Shown here piece by piece: positions 36,102-46,035 of a stretch of 64,000 bases of DNA. The notes beneath the pieces were generated by a model. The model searched no databases and had not been told where the DNA came from. It saw nothing but the letters and a program-made list of their open reading frames with translations. Position numbers and translations under genes: made by a program. Source of the stretch: an uncultured archaeon (GTDB lineage Archaea; Asgardarchaeota; Thorarchaeia; Thorarchaeales; Thorarchaeaceae); assembly GCA_964631415.1 (NCBI GenBank), contig CAZVZC010000006.1, forward strand, positions 3,001 through 67,000, given 5' to 3'. Within the stretch, counting starts at the first letter, position 1, and every line of letters starts with the position of its first letter.

Positions 36102-36908
36102 ATGATGCTTGATGAATCTGGAGAACTGAAGCCAGTCAGGCTGGATTCCAGTCTTGTGACAAGCGAAAACGCTGTCATTGTGCTTGATGAGTATCATGAC
36201 ACATGCTGGGTGTGGATTGGCAAGAACGTCAGCATGCCAACGAGGATGCACGCCCTCCGAATGGGAAAGAGCGTGCAAAAAGCGGGCCACAAAGCTGGCA
36301 CTACCACAATCGGCATGGCGTTGTCACGAATCGTCGAGATGAACGAGAGGAGTGAAACCGACCCGGAGGTTGCTTCCAACATATCCTCATTCAGAGAGGC
36401 GCTCAGGGCGAAGTGGAAGTTCGAGGACGAGATACTGGCATTTGATGAGAGCCGAGTCACAGGCGGCACACCCCTAGCGGCAAGAAGAACGGAAGCTCGT
36501 ACCCCAGAAGCCCCACCGACTCTGACCGCAACAACCGTTGCGGCATCCTCCAGACCTCCACCTCCCCCTCCAAGGCAAGTACCGCCCACACCATCCCGAG
36601 AACCAAAGGTCAGTGTCGCCCCAATGCCGCCCAAGACGAAGCCTGCGGCGCCGGAGAAAGCCGACACGACAGTCGAGCAGAAGCTGGCGTATCTGCTTCT
36701 CTCAACCATCAAGAACTCAGACCTTGTCTACACAGAGAGGTTTGAGAGAAATGGCAAGATCGGTTTCAAGATTGAAGCACCCGGGATCGTCGTTGTTGAA
36801 GCGATTCTGGATGGCAACATACTTAGGATCGAACCGCCGAGCTTTGGCGACTCTGAGGGTGCATCACGCATCAGGTCAGAGTACGAGTCTTGGATGAGCA
36901 AGACCTAG
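36102..36908 (+). CDS. Gelsolin-like domain + proline-rich linker + C-terminal domain of unknown function
   Basis: N-terminal 'ENAVIVLDEYHDTCWVWIGKNVSMPTRMHALRMGKSVQ...SRIVEMNERSETDPEV' fits the gelsolin-repeat pattern. 'SSRPPPPPPRQVPPTPSREPKVSVAPMPPKTKPAAP' forms the linker. The ~80-aa C-terminal domain is 'LAYLLLSTIKNSDLVYTERFERNGKIGFKIEAPGIVVVEAILDGNILRIEP'. Confidence 0.6.
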   Translation: MMLDESGELKPVRLDSSLVTSENAVIVLDEYHDTCWVWIGKNVSMPTRMHALRMGKSVQKAGHKAGTTTIGMALSRIVEMNERSETDPEVASNISSFREALRAKWKFEDEILAFDESRVTGGTPLAARRTEARTPEAPPTLTATTVAASSRPPPPPPRQVPPTPSREPKVSVAPMPPKTKPAAPEKADTTVEQKLAYLLLSTIKNSDLVYTERFERNGKIGFKIEAPGIVVVEAILDGNILRIEPPSFGDSEGASRIRSEYESWMSKT

Positions 36909-36988
36909 TTGCTGTAGACTGCAGACAGTAGAGGGCACGCTGCCGGCGCCATACTCGCGTCGGGAACCCTGAGATGGGTGTGTCAACT

Positions 36989-37948
36989 CTACTGTCCACG
37001 GACTCGAGACCAATACGTATAGAGAGTCCTCAAACCCATCTTCTTATAGAGGGCGAGAGCAGGTGTGTTCTTTTCCTCGACTTGGAGATACACCCTAGTC
37101 GCTCCCTTTTCCATCGCCCAACTTACCAACGACTGGCACAGAGATGTAGCAACACCACGCCGTCTGTACTGACTCAACGTTTCCACGCCAAACAGTCCAA
37201 GCCAGCCTTGTTCCACAACGCCCAAGCCCACTCCTGCGGTCTGTCCATCCACCACTGCCAAAGCAAACACGTGGTCCGGCTGAATCCGCTCAAGTATGCC
37301 CTTGCGGGCTTGGAGCACCATATCCTCATACCCGCCAGCCGCGGCATAGGCTGCCAGCCAATCCTTTGTGAGAACAGGGCTTAGATGAACCGTCCATGGC
37401 CGCTCCACAGCGACCAGCCGCCTGGCGGTGGCTACCTGCGCATGGACACGCAGTTCTACCGCGTAACCAAGGCGTGCAAGTCTGTCGTCAAGCTCCTCAG
37501 GTAGACTCGCCTCCGTGATCTGGAACTTCGCCTGAAGCCCACGACGCTCATAGAAGAACTCCGCATAGTCTATGGCATCCTCGAGCTCAATCCCGGGGTC
37601 GCCAAGTGGAAGTACGCTATTGGCCCTTCTCGTGATTCCGTCATTCGCCCTGAGCTTCCAGCCTCCCAGCTGTTCCATGTCACGGGCAGGCCATGCGTTG
37701 GAAGCGACTTCTTCTATCTCACGTATCAATTCGGGCGCTGTCAAGTTTCGGTTCTCCAGACAAAGTGGTGTGTCTGCCACCTTTATAACGTTCATTGTAA
37801 GTTGGACAAAGAAGGTCAAGTCCGAAAGGTCCAGCTCACCGGGACGACTCACTGGATAGATCACGTGGGCGCCACCAGCTGGCGTCGGCTCCTGTTTCCT
37901 CGGCAGCTTCAGCAACAAGGTTGCGGCACTCAGCCTGTCAGATGACAT
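36989..37948 (-). CDS. GNAT family N-acetyltransferase (tandem GNAT-like halves)
   Basis: C-terminal 'YRRRGVATSLCQSLVSWAMEKGATRVYLQVEEKNTPALALYKKMG' is motif A/B. 319 aa. Confidence 0.75.
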   Translation of the reverse strand: MSSDRLSAATLLLKLPRKQEPTPAGGAHVIYPVSRPGELDLSDLTFFVQLTMNVIKVADTPLCLENRNLTAPELIREIEEVASNAWPARDMEQLGGWKLRANDGITRRANSVLPLGDPGIELEDAIDYAEFFYERRGLQAKFQITEASLPEELDDRLARLGYAVELRVHAQVATARRLVAVERPWTVHLSPVLTKDWLAAYAAAGGYEDMVLQARKGILERIQPDHVFALAVVDGQTAGVGLGVVEQGWLGLFGVETLSQYRRRGVATSLCQSLVSWAMEKGATRVYLQVEEKNTPALALYKKMGLRTLYTYWSRVRGQ

Positions 37949-38501
37949 TCCGTGCTATAGGCGACTCGAATCAGCTATCATTGAACACCCAGAATACCCG
38001 AGAGTCTACGCCTTTCTTCATGGATTCGTGAGTGAGCAAGAACCCGTCGAACCCAGCGGTGGGTACAGGATTAGAGGTGCCGATATCTTTGAGGGGGCTT
38101 GGGCATAGCAGGAGCATCGGCACTGATGACGATGCTAGAAGCGTCTTGCCGAACAACGTTGGTGTGAGGTGAGCGTTGTTGAGTGGCGTTCAGGTCTCTT
38201 TGCGTATCTGTGTGCTAGGGACTTGGGCGCGCGCAATCCTCCTGTGCCAACCCGGTGTGTGGAGGCAGCGGAGTCTCTCAGGAGATTCCCATCTCCTGAT
38301 AGTCTTCGCAGAAACCCCAAGTCTTACAGCAGAATGTGACAGCGTGAACATGCAACTGTAAGGCCAAACGCAACCATGTCACTCTTCAGATGTCCAAGAT
38401 TGCCCAACTTCTGGGCAGCTGTTAGCAGCCCGCCGACATATGCGGCCCTGCGTCATCTTAATCAGCCTGCTCGCTTCATCAGCGGCCGCGAGGATTGCGC
38501 G

Positions 38502-39443
38502 ATGAGTCAACTCCGATGGAACTCTATGTTGGGCGAATGGGTGATAGTCACGCCCAGACGAGCCGGAAGACCCTTTCAGGACAAGGACCGGGAATGCCCC
38601 TTCTGCCCGGGTCGGCCGGAAACAAGGGGTCCATGGAGGGTCCTGACGCTCGACAACAAGTTCTCTGCGCTGAATCCCGACGGAGGGCCGGTGGGCCTTC
38701 AGGAGGGCGTCGTAGTAGGGGCACCAGCTTATGGCTTCTGCAAGATCATCCTTCTGTCACGTGACCACAAGCAGCAGATCGAAACGATGGATGACACGCA
38801 GTTAGCACTCGTCTTCTCAGAGTATCTTCGCGTATTTTCCGAGTTGAGCAGCCAACCTGGTATCAAGTATGTAATGGAGTTCGAGAACAGAGGCAAAGCA
38901 ATCGGAGTGAGCCTTGACCATCCTCATGCCCAGGTCTACGCACTGCCTTTCGTACCTCCCCGAATACTCAAGGAGGCAGAACAATCAAAGATGCTTTGGG
39001 ATTCCGAAGGCTCTTGCCTCATCTGCCAGACCATTGAGAAGGAGGTCAAGTCGGAAGATAGAGTCATCAAGCAGACAGAGAACTTCATTTCGCTTGTGCC
39101 CTATGCTGCCCGACTGCCGTATGAAACTCACATCTATCCGAAAACTCATGTTTCAAGTCTTGTCGAACTGAAGGTGCATCTCCTCGAACTTGGACAAGTC
39201 ATCAGGGATGTGGTCCAGAGATACGCCGCGGTCTTTGATGAAGTCGACTATGTAATGGTGTTTCACACGCGACCGGGTGTGGGCGACCATCCGTATTGGC
39301 ACTTCCATGTGGAACTCTATCCACCGTGGCGGGACAGGAGCCGACTCAAGTATCTAGCGGGCATAGAAACTGGTGCTTGGACCTATACTAATGATTCCAC
39401 ACCTGAGGAGAAGGCAAGGGAGCTCAGGAGTGCCCTCTCATGA
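38502..39443 (+). CDS. galT: Galactose-1-phosphate uridylyltransferase
   Basis: Zn site 'CPFCPG', active site 'HPHAQV' (HxHxQ), 'WHFHVE'. I placed the start at ATG 38502 ('MSQLRWNSMLGEWVIV'). The track ORF extends to 38376. Confidence 0.85.
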   Translation: MSQLRWNSMLGEWVIVTPRRAGRPFQDKDRECPFCPGRPETRGPWRVLTLDNKFSALNPDGGPVGLQEGVVVGAPAYGFCKIILLSRDHKQQIETMDDTQLALVFSEYLRVFSELSSQPGIKYVMEFENRGKAIGVSLDHPHAQVYALPFVPPRILKEAEQSKMLWDSEGSCLICQTIEKEVKSEDRVIKQTENFISLVPYAARLPYETHIYPKTHVSSLVELKVHLLELGQVIRDVVQRYAAVFDEVDYVMVFHTRPGVGDHPYWHFHVELYPPWRDRSRLKYLAGIETGAWTYTNDSTPEEKARELRSALS

Positions 39444-40603
39444 TGCATGTCCCTGAGGGTATGCTCGACCGGCTTCGAGATATGGCCGGGCGCATTGCCA
39501 CACCACCCCTGTTGTCGCGCGCACCTGGCAGGGTCGAAGTCTTGGGGAACCATACGGACTACAACGGGGGAATCGTCCTGGCCGCTACTATTGACAAGTT
39601 TGTCTGGTCACTTGGGATTCCTGCAGAGGTCCCAACTATAGCCTCGGCAGACTACAATGAGTTGGCTTCCTTCTCTACAGAGGGTCTCACCCCCACAGGG
39701 ATGCACAGGTGGTATGACTACGCAAAAGGAGTGTACTGGGCACTTCTCAGACGAAAGCATCAGCCCATGGGAATCGCCGCAGTGGTACATGGCGACGTTC
39801 CTATCGGTGCAGGGCTGAGTTCCTCTGCCGCGTTCGAAGTTTCACTCACAAATCTTGTGACGCGAATCAGTGAACTCGACCTGAAACCCAAGGACAGCGC
39901 CATGGTCGCGTTCGAAGCAGAGCGCCTATACTGTGGTGTGGCATGCGGTGTGATGGACCAGTTCACATCACAGCTAGGGAAACCAGATTCCTTACTGGCG
40001 ATATTCTGCTCAACGCTTGAAACCCGGGATATTCCTCTCAGCGGCGATGTGAGCCTTGTCATAACGGACTCCATGATTTCCAGATCTGCTGGTGATGCAC
40101 TGAACCAGCGAATGGCTGAGTGTCAGGCTGCCCTCAAGACACTCAGACAAGCAGGTTGGCAGATATCAAGCCTGAGCGACGTGACCAGTGATCGCCTAAA
40201 ATCTGCGGACAGTGTGCTTGAGGACAAGCTGGCGAAACGTGTACGTCATGTGGTCACTGAGAACGAGCGCGTCCTCCTTGGCATGAAAGCACTTCAAGAG
40301 GGAAGGGTCAGAGACTTCGGCAAGATGATGTATGAGTCTCACAATAGCTCTCGGGACCTGTATGGTGTGTCCCATCCTCGCCTAGATCTCTTGGTGGACA
40401 TTGCCAAAAGACAGAAAGGGGTCATAGGCAGCAGAATGACGGGGGCCGGACTGGGTGGCGCAGTACTTAGCTTGGTTGAGAACAAGCAGGTTTCTCAGTT
40501 CATCAAGCACATGACTGCCGAGTATGGTAAGGAAACAGGACAGATACCTAAGATAATGACATGCAAGGTGCCCGGTGGGGTAACAGTCGAGCCTGTGCCA
40601 TAG
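39440..40603 (+). CDS. galK: Galactokinase (GHMP kinase)
   Basis: 'APGRVEVLGNHTDYNGG' galactokinase signature, GHMP motif 'PIGAGLSSSAAFEV', 'MTGAGLGGAV'. ATGA overlap with galT. Confidence 0.9.
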   Translation: MMHVPEGMLDRLRDMAGRIATPPLLSRAPGRVEVLGNHTDYNGGIVLAATIDKFVWSLGIPAEVPTIASADYNELASFSTEGLTPTGMHRWYDYAKGVYWALLRRKHQPMGIAAVVHGDVPIGAGLSSSAAFEVSLTNLVTRISELDLKPKDSAMVAFEAERLYCGVACGVMDQFTSQLGKPDSLLAIFCSTLETRDIPLSGDVSLVITDSMISRSAGDALNQRMAECQAALKTLRQAGWQISSLSDVTSDRLKSADSVLEDKLAKRVRHVVTENERVLLGMKALQEGRVRDFGKMMYESHNSSRDLYGVSHPRLDLLVDIAKRQKGVIGSRMTGAGLGGAVLSLVENKQVSQFIKHMTAEYGKETGQIPKIMTCKVPGGVTVEPVP

Positions 40604-40644
40604 CTTCATGAAGGGCATGTTTCATATCGACCTTTCGAACTCGG

Positions 40645-43608
40645 ATGGGCGATAACAACATGACAGGGGCCACACCTTTGAAGCCGGATGGAACAGAAGC
40701 GATAGTGATCAGTGAAACACACTGGGATAGGGCTTGGTATCTGCCTTTCCAGCAGTTCAGGCTGAAGCTTGTGAGGCTGGTTGACAACCTGTTTCGGATA
40801 CTGGAGAAAGATCCCGAGTTCACGCACTTCACATTCGACGGGCAGACTGTGGTGTTGGAGGACTACCTTGAAGTGAAGCCGCAGGAACGTAGCAGACTAG
40901 AGAATCTCGTTCGCGATGGCAGGATTGGTGTAGGCCCGTGGTATGTCCTCCCAGATGTGTTTCTGGTTTCAGGTGAGGCACTCATCAGGAATCTCATGGT
41001 AGGTCGAGAGATAGCCCAACAGTTCGGGAGGGTGATCGATGTTGGCTACATTCCAGACCCATTCGGCCACGTAAGTCAACTTCCACAGGTACTGCTGCAA
41101 TTCGGCTATGACTCGGTCATATTCGCCCGAGGGACGGGAAATGAGATGGACGGTCTTGGCTCTGAATTCATCTGGGAGTCCAGTGACGGGAGTGAAATAC
41201 TGGCACACTGGCTACCCGAGTCGTATGGCAACATTGCCAACCTGCCCGAAGAGGTGGATGATGCCGTCACAGTTATAGAACAGGTCATGGAGAAGCTCCG
41301 GCCCTGGTCACGGATCGGCATTTGCCTGTTGATGAATGGGTCAGACCATCTCGAAGCTCAACCACACTTGCCGAGAGTGATACAGGCCTACAACAAGAAA
41401 CATGACAAGAAGATAGTTCTCAGTACGTTGCCAGCGTTCGTCGAGTGCATGCGCCAGCACAGACAGCAGCTCAAGAAGTACAGAGGAGAGTTCAGGCGCT
41501 CCAAGCATCAGAACCTCCTGTCAGGTGTCTATTCGGCCAGGGTCTATCTGAAGCAGGCGAATGATAGGACTGAGAGGCTGCTTGAGAGGTGGGTCGAGCC
41601 TTGGTGTGCTGCAGCCCAAGTCCTAGGCATGAGATACCCGCTTGATGAGATTGGACTAGCTTGGAAATACCTGCTAAGAAACCATCCGCACGATGACATC
41701 TGTGGCTGCAGCATTGACCCGGTCCATGAGGACATGATGCAGAGATTCAGATGGACAACAGAGGTGGGTGAGGCACTACTCGATAGGGCCTTTGACACCA
41801 TCACGGGTAAGTGCCAGAGTGGAACTCGAGGCCTAGTGGTTCTCAACCCACTGCCGTACATGAGATCCGGCGTGGCTGTTCTAGAAGCCGCTGTTTCGGA
41901 CATCCGCTTTTCAAAGCTGGCAAAGGTCCAGATATTCAATCCATCACTCAAGCCGAAGGATGCATTGGAGGCCGCCAAGAACGAACTTCACATATCATTC
42001 GTTAGGAGCCAAGGATACGATCCCACCCCCGATGCCACGAGAGAAGTGAAGGCCACAACCGGAACACTCACTGAGTTCGAGTTCAACTTCACGGGCATGA
42101 TGACACTGTTCCCTCAGGTCAAGGACATGCTACGACATTTGTCCACGGTCTATAGGATAAGGGTGAACTCCAGAAACGAGGTGGTTGAGGTCTGGGCTCA
42201 CAAGTTCGACGCTGAAGACACCATGGGCGGCGTCTTGTCATTCAAGGATGAGCGCGGAAAGCCAGTTCTTGTTCAGGAGATTGGGTCGGAGGTGCGCAAG
42301 GATGACAAGGCCCATCTGGTCGCAGACTACGAGGAGTTCACAAGGATCGCAATATGGGCAGAGAATGTCCAAGGGCTGGGAGCGAAGCGATATGACCTCT
42401 TACTATCAGAGAAGGAAACCAGTACGAAACCAGTTGGGGCAGTCCGTTGCAGCGAGAACATGATTGAGAACGATTTGGTGCGTGTGAGCATTCTCAAGAA
42501 TGGGACAATGACCATCATTGACAAGCGTGCTGGTGAGGAGTATAGGGGGCTCCTCGAGTTCGAGGACAGTGAAGATGTCGGGGACGAGTATGACTACTGC
42601 CCTTCGTATGTTCACAAGAGCGTCAGGTCGGGACCATCTCAGTTCGTTGTTCAACCAATTCTGAAAGGCCCACTCATGGGAAGTCTACGTGTCAAAGGTC
42701 AACTCATACTGCCTGTGTCCGCCACGTCCGACTCGACAGCACGATCCGAAGAAACTGTCGCTTGTGACTTCACAACTGAAGTCACTATACAGATCGGCAG
42801 TCCGACGGTCCGCATCGTCACAGACTTCAGGAATCTGGCGAAAGACCACAGACTCCGTGTGCTCTTCCCGAGCGGGACTGGTTCCAAGAACTGTCAGGCA
42901 GACAGCACATTCGATGTGGTCGAGAGACCAATCAGGCCGAAACCGTCAGTAGGTTGGCATCAGCCTGTCGCACCCACATACCCGTTGAGGAACTTTGTGA
43001 CTATGTCATCAGAGAAGAGAGGGCTGACAGTTACAACGACGGGGATGATGGAGTTCGAGGTTCTTGAGGAACAGGAGGGGACAATAGCCGTTACACTTCT
43101 GAGATGTGTCGGCTGGCTGTCAACAGTCGGGATGCAGACAAGACCAGAGGCTGCAGGACCTGTCTTGGAAACGCTAGGAGGACAGTGTGTGGGGGAGCAT
43201 CGATTCACCTATGCAGTCACTCCTCACAAAGGCGACTGGCTGAGCGGCGCATCACACAGCGAGTCAGAATCTTTCCTCCTCCCTATGAGCACTAGGCTCG
43301 TGCCAGCAACAGAGAACGCACACGGTGTCTACGAACAAGGCTTCGTGACTATCGAGCCGAAGACAATCAAGCTGTCAGCGTTCAAGGAATCACAAGACCG
43401 GAAGCACTTGGTGTTGCGTCTTTGGAACATCGCTGACAAGCCTGAGAAATGCCGAGTTCGTTTGGGATTTCCAGTCAAGACAGCAATCGGAACTCGTGCA
43501 GATGAGACTCCTGACAAAGCAATGACAGTGCTGACCAAGGATTCTCACACGTTGGAGTTCACTGTTCACCCAAAGAGGATAGCAACGATTCTGTTGGAGT
43601 GCGAGTGA
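40645..43608 (+). CDS. Glycoside hydrolase family 38 alpha-mannosidase
   Basis: 'SETHWDRAWYLPF', 'GPWYVLPDVF', 'GYIPDPFGH', 'NGSDH'. 987 aa and cytoplasmic (no signal peptide). Confidence 0.85.
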   Translation: MGDNNMTGATPLKPDGTEAIVISETHWDRAWYLPFQQFRLKLVRLVDNLFRILEKDPEFTHFTFDGQTVVLEDYLEVKPQERSRLENLVRDGRIGVGPWYVLPDVFLVSGEALIRNLMVGREIAQQFGRVIDVGYIPDPFGHVSQLPQVLLQFGYDSVIFARGTGNEMDGLGSEFIWESSDGSEILAHWLPESYGNIANLPEEVDDAVTVIEQVMEKLRPWSRIGICLLMNGSDHLEAQPHLPRVIQAYNKKHDKKIVLSTLPAFVECMRQHRQQLKKYRGEFRRSKHQNLLSGVYSARVYLKQANDRTERLLERWVEPWCAAAQVLGMRYPLDEIGLAWKYLLRNHPHDDICGCSIDPVHEDMMQRFRWTTEVGEALLDRAFDTITGKCQSGTRGLVVLNPLPYMRSGVAVLEAAVSDIRFSKLAKVQIFNPSLKPKDALEAAKNELHISFVRSQGYDPTPDATREVKATTGTLTEFEFNFTGMMTLFPQVKDMLRHLSTVYRIRVNSRNEVVEVWAHKFDAEDTMGGVLSFKDERGKPVLVQEIGSEVRKDDKAHLVADYEEFTRIAIWAENVQGLGAKRYDLLLSEKETSTKPVGAVRCSENMIENDLVRVSILKNGTMTIIDKRAGEEYRGLLEFEDSEDVGDEYDYCPSYVHKSVRSGPSQFVVQPILKGPLMGSLRVKGQLILPVSATSDSTARSEETVACDFTTEVTIQIGSPTVRIVTDFRNLAKDHRLRVLFPSGTGSKNCQADSTFDVVERPIRPKPSVGWHQPVAPTYPLRNFVTMSSEKRGLTVTTTGMMEFEVLEEQEGTIAVTLLRCVGWLSTVGMQTRPEAAGPVLETLGGQCVGEHRFTYAVTPHKGDWLSGASHSESESFLLPMSTRLVPATENAHGVYEQGFVTIEPKTIKLSAFKESQDRKHLVLRLWNIADKPEKCRVRLGFPVKTAIGTRADETPDKAMTVLTKDSHTLEFTVHPKRIATILLECE

Positions 43609-43648
43609 TTGGGGGCTGGCACAGCCTCCAGACAACCATCACGTATCG

Positions 43649-44335
43649 TTATGGGAGGTTCTTGAAGACCAGACAATAGCTGTGGTCATAGCCATAACCG
43701 TATGTGCCGCAGCCATTGTCCTGCCCTTCCCAACCTACCACGACCTCTCCCTCGAAGTAGAACAGTCGAGAGATCTCCCGTGCGACATCCCATGCGAAAA
43801 GCGTGACCTCACCGCGTTTCAGGTTCGAGGCCTCTATCACTACGCGCCCGTGCGGCTTGAGGACCTTCTTGACCTTTGTGTAGACTCTGCCTAGGTCCCG
43901 GAGGTAGGAGGCATAGTCCCCATCAGTCCTCGAACAAGTAAGAGGATTCATCCCATCATCCCGGTTCATGTAGGGCGGTGAACTCATGGCGAAGTCGATC
44001 CTCGGCAGTCCGTACGAGTCTAGCCTGAGGGCATCACCTTGGATCACGTTGGACTTGTGTTGCACCTGTGACCTGATGAACTCGAAACGACTCCCGTCGA
44101 GCTCGATGCCGTAAGGGACCCGTCCCATCTCTTCTGCGACCAACATAGTTGTGCCCAGTCCTGCGAACAGATCCAAGACCGTATCTCCGGGTTCTGTATA
44201 CTTGTCAAGGAAGTACTCAACGATTGCGTCAGGGTGACGATTGTCCTGCGACTGGAACTCAGGTGGGAGCAACCGCTTCTGAATTCTCTTGAGTACAATG
44301 TAGGTTCTCATAGGCTCCCGTCCGCTAGATAGCAC
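43649..44335 (-). CDS. (S)PPY-motif SAM-dependent methyltransferase, DNA N4/N6-methylase-like, no partner endonuclease
   Basis: Motif I 'VLDLFAGLGTTMLVAEEMGRVPYGIELD' precedes motif IV 'MSSPPYMN'. 'VKKVLKPHGRVVIE' is also present. Confidence 0.7.
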   Translation of the reverse strand: MLSSGREPMRTYIVLKRIQKRLLPPEFQSQDNRHPDAIVEYFLDKYTEPGDTVLDLFAGLGTTMLVAEEMGRVPYGIELDGSRFEFIRSQVQHKSNVIQGDALRLDSYGLPRIDFAMSSPPYMNRDDGMNPLTCSRTDGDYASYLRDLGRVYTKVKKVLKPHGRVVIEASNLKRGEVTLFAWDVAREISRLFYFEGEVVVGWEGQDNGCGTYGYGYDHSYCLVFKNLP

Positions 44336-44343
44336 AACAACGA

Positions 44344-45951
44344 CTACTGAATCCTCGCATAGCCCTTCTTGATGATTGTATCTACGGCCTCATTCGACTG
44401 GTTCGGATAGTCCTTGTTGAAGTGTGCCCCTCGACTCTCTCGCCGCATCCTCGCGGATCTTATTATGAGCTCGGCCACAGCCGCGATGTTACGAAGCTCA
44501 ATGAGGTCAGGAGTGATTCTGAAGTCCCAGTAGAACTGTTCAATCTCCTTTGAGATGAATTCTATCCTATTCCTAGCACGCGTGAGCCTCTTGTTGGAAC
44601 GAACAATTCCAACGTAGTTTTGCATGACACGCCTCACCTCGTCCCACATGTGCGTGATCACGACTAACTCATCAGGATCAGCGGCTTGTCCCGGATCCCA
44701 GGGCGGAATGTCTGTGTCAAGACGCTGCTTAGCTATGAACTCTGATGCCGCCACTGAGGCATTGTGGGCCAAGACTGCACCCTCGAGCAACGAGTTCGAG
44801 GCTAACCTGTTCGCGCCATGGAAGCCAGTGCCAGCAGTTTCTCCGACTGCAAAGAGGCCCTCGACATCTGAGCGACCGCTCATGTCGACACGCACTCCGC
44901 CGCATAGATAGTGTGCCGCAGGGACAACCGGTATTGGCTCCTTGGTAATGTCGATGCCTGCCTTCATGCAGGTTTCATAGATTGCAGGAAAACGGTCCTT
45001 GATGAACGCTGCATCTTTGAAGGAGATGTCAAGGAGTACATACTCGGCCCCTGTACGCTTGAGCTCATTGTCTATAGCACGTGCAACCACGTCGCGTGGC
45101 GCCAGCTCGGCATCAGGGTGATATCTTGGCATGAATCGCTTGCCATCAAGGCCCAAGAGGACTGCGCCCTCGCCCCTGAGAGCCTCAGAGATGAGGAATG
45201 ATCTAATCTTGGGATGGTAGAGAAGCGTTGGATGAAACTGGATGAATTCCATGTTCGTTATCGTGGCACCTGCCCTATACGCCATGGCCACGCCGTCCCC
45301 TGTGGCCGTGTCGGGATTGCTTGTATACAGAAACACCTTTCCTGCTCCGCCAGTCGCCAGGACTGTCGCTTTGGCTGCAAACCTCCGAATACGGCCAGAC
45401 TTGACATCCAGCACATAAGCTCCTATGGCGCGGTTATTGCTGACCACTAGGTTAACAGCCATGTGCTGCTCGAATAGAGTGACTCTGGAATCCTCGCGTA
45501 CTCTTTTGGCCAGAGTGACTTCAATGTCCTGTCCAGTGTGATCCTTCACGTGTAGAACTCTACGGTTGCTGTGACCGCCTTCCAGTGCCAACTCATATTC
45601 TGTCGTTTCTGATTCTTTGTTGAACTGCACACCCAGTTTGACAATCTCGGAGATTCTGGCAGGGGCTGCCTTGACAAAGGCTTCCACAACGTCACGATGA
45701 CAAATGCCAGCTCCAGCGCGGATCGTGTCTTCAATATGACGCTCAAAGGAGTCACCGGTTGAAACCACCGCGGCGATTCCACCCTGAGCCAGATAAGTGG
45801 CAGAGTCCGTGAGAGAACGTTTTGTCACCAAGTTCACGGTGCCCCGCTTCGAAGCCTTTAGTGAGAAAAGCAGACCTGAGATGCCGCTGCCAATCACAAG
45901 GAAGTCGGACGTTTGTAGATCATTATCCATGTGCGAACCTTCCCCAGTCAT
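44344..45951 (-). CDS. nadB: L-aspartate oxidase
   Basis: 'DFLVIGSGISGL' FAD fold, 'AQGGIAA', 'HSNRRVLH', 'RGEGA', 'SRGAHF'. 535 aa. The start may be ATG 45930. Confidence 0.9.
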   Translation of the reverse strand: MTGEGSHMDNDLQTSDFLVIGSGISGLLFSLKASKRGTVNLVTKRSLTDSATYLAQGGIAAVVSTGDSFERHIEDTIRAGAGICHRDVVEAFVKAAPARISEIVKLGVQFNKESETTEYELALEGGHSNRRVLHVKDHTGQDIEVTLAKRVREDSRVTLFEQHMAVNLVVSNNRAIGAYVLDVKSGRIRRFAAKATVLATGGAGKVFLYTSNPDTATGDGVAMAYRAGATITNMEFIQFHPTLLYHPKIRSFLISEALRGEGAVLLGLDGKRFMPRYHPDAELAPRDVVARAIDNELKRTGAEYVLLDISFKDAAFIKDRFPAIYETCMKAGIDITKEPIPVVPAAHYLCGGVRVDMSGRSDVEGLFAVGETAGTGFHGANRLASNSLLEGAVLAHNASVAASEFIAKQRLDTDIPPWDPGQAADPDELVVITHMWDEVRRVMQNYVGIVRSNKRLTRARNRIEFISKEIEQFYWDFRITPDLIELRNIAAVAELIIRSARMRRESRGAHFNKDYPNQSNEAVDTIIKKGYARIQ

Positions 45952-46035
45952 GAATCAATCCTGACATATCGCTCACTCTGACCAGAAAGACATAATCGGG
46001 GCTTCTTCTTTGACAACTGGTACTCGCCTTGAGCG

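Noticed and set aside
36194-36712. 172-aa minus-strand G/A/V-rich ORF.
   Set aside because: It mirrors the proline-rich (CCN) tract of the + strand gelsolin-like gene.
38376-38501. 42-codon N-terminal extension of the galT ORF.
   Set aside because: Conserved GalT sequence begins at 'MSQLRWNSMLGEWVIV' (ATG 38502). The extension has atypical composition.
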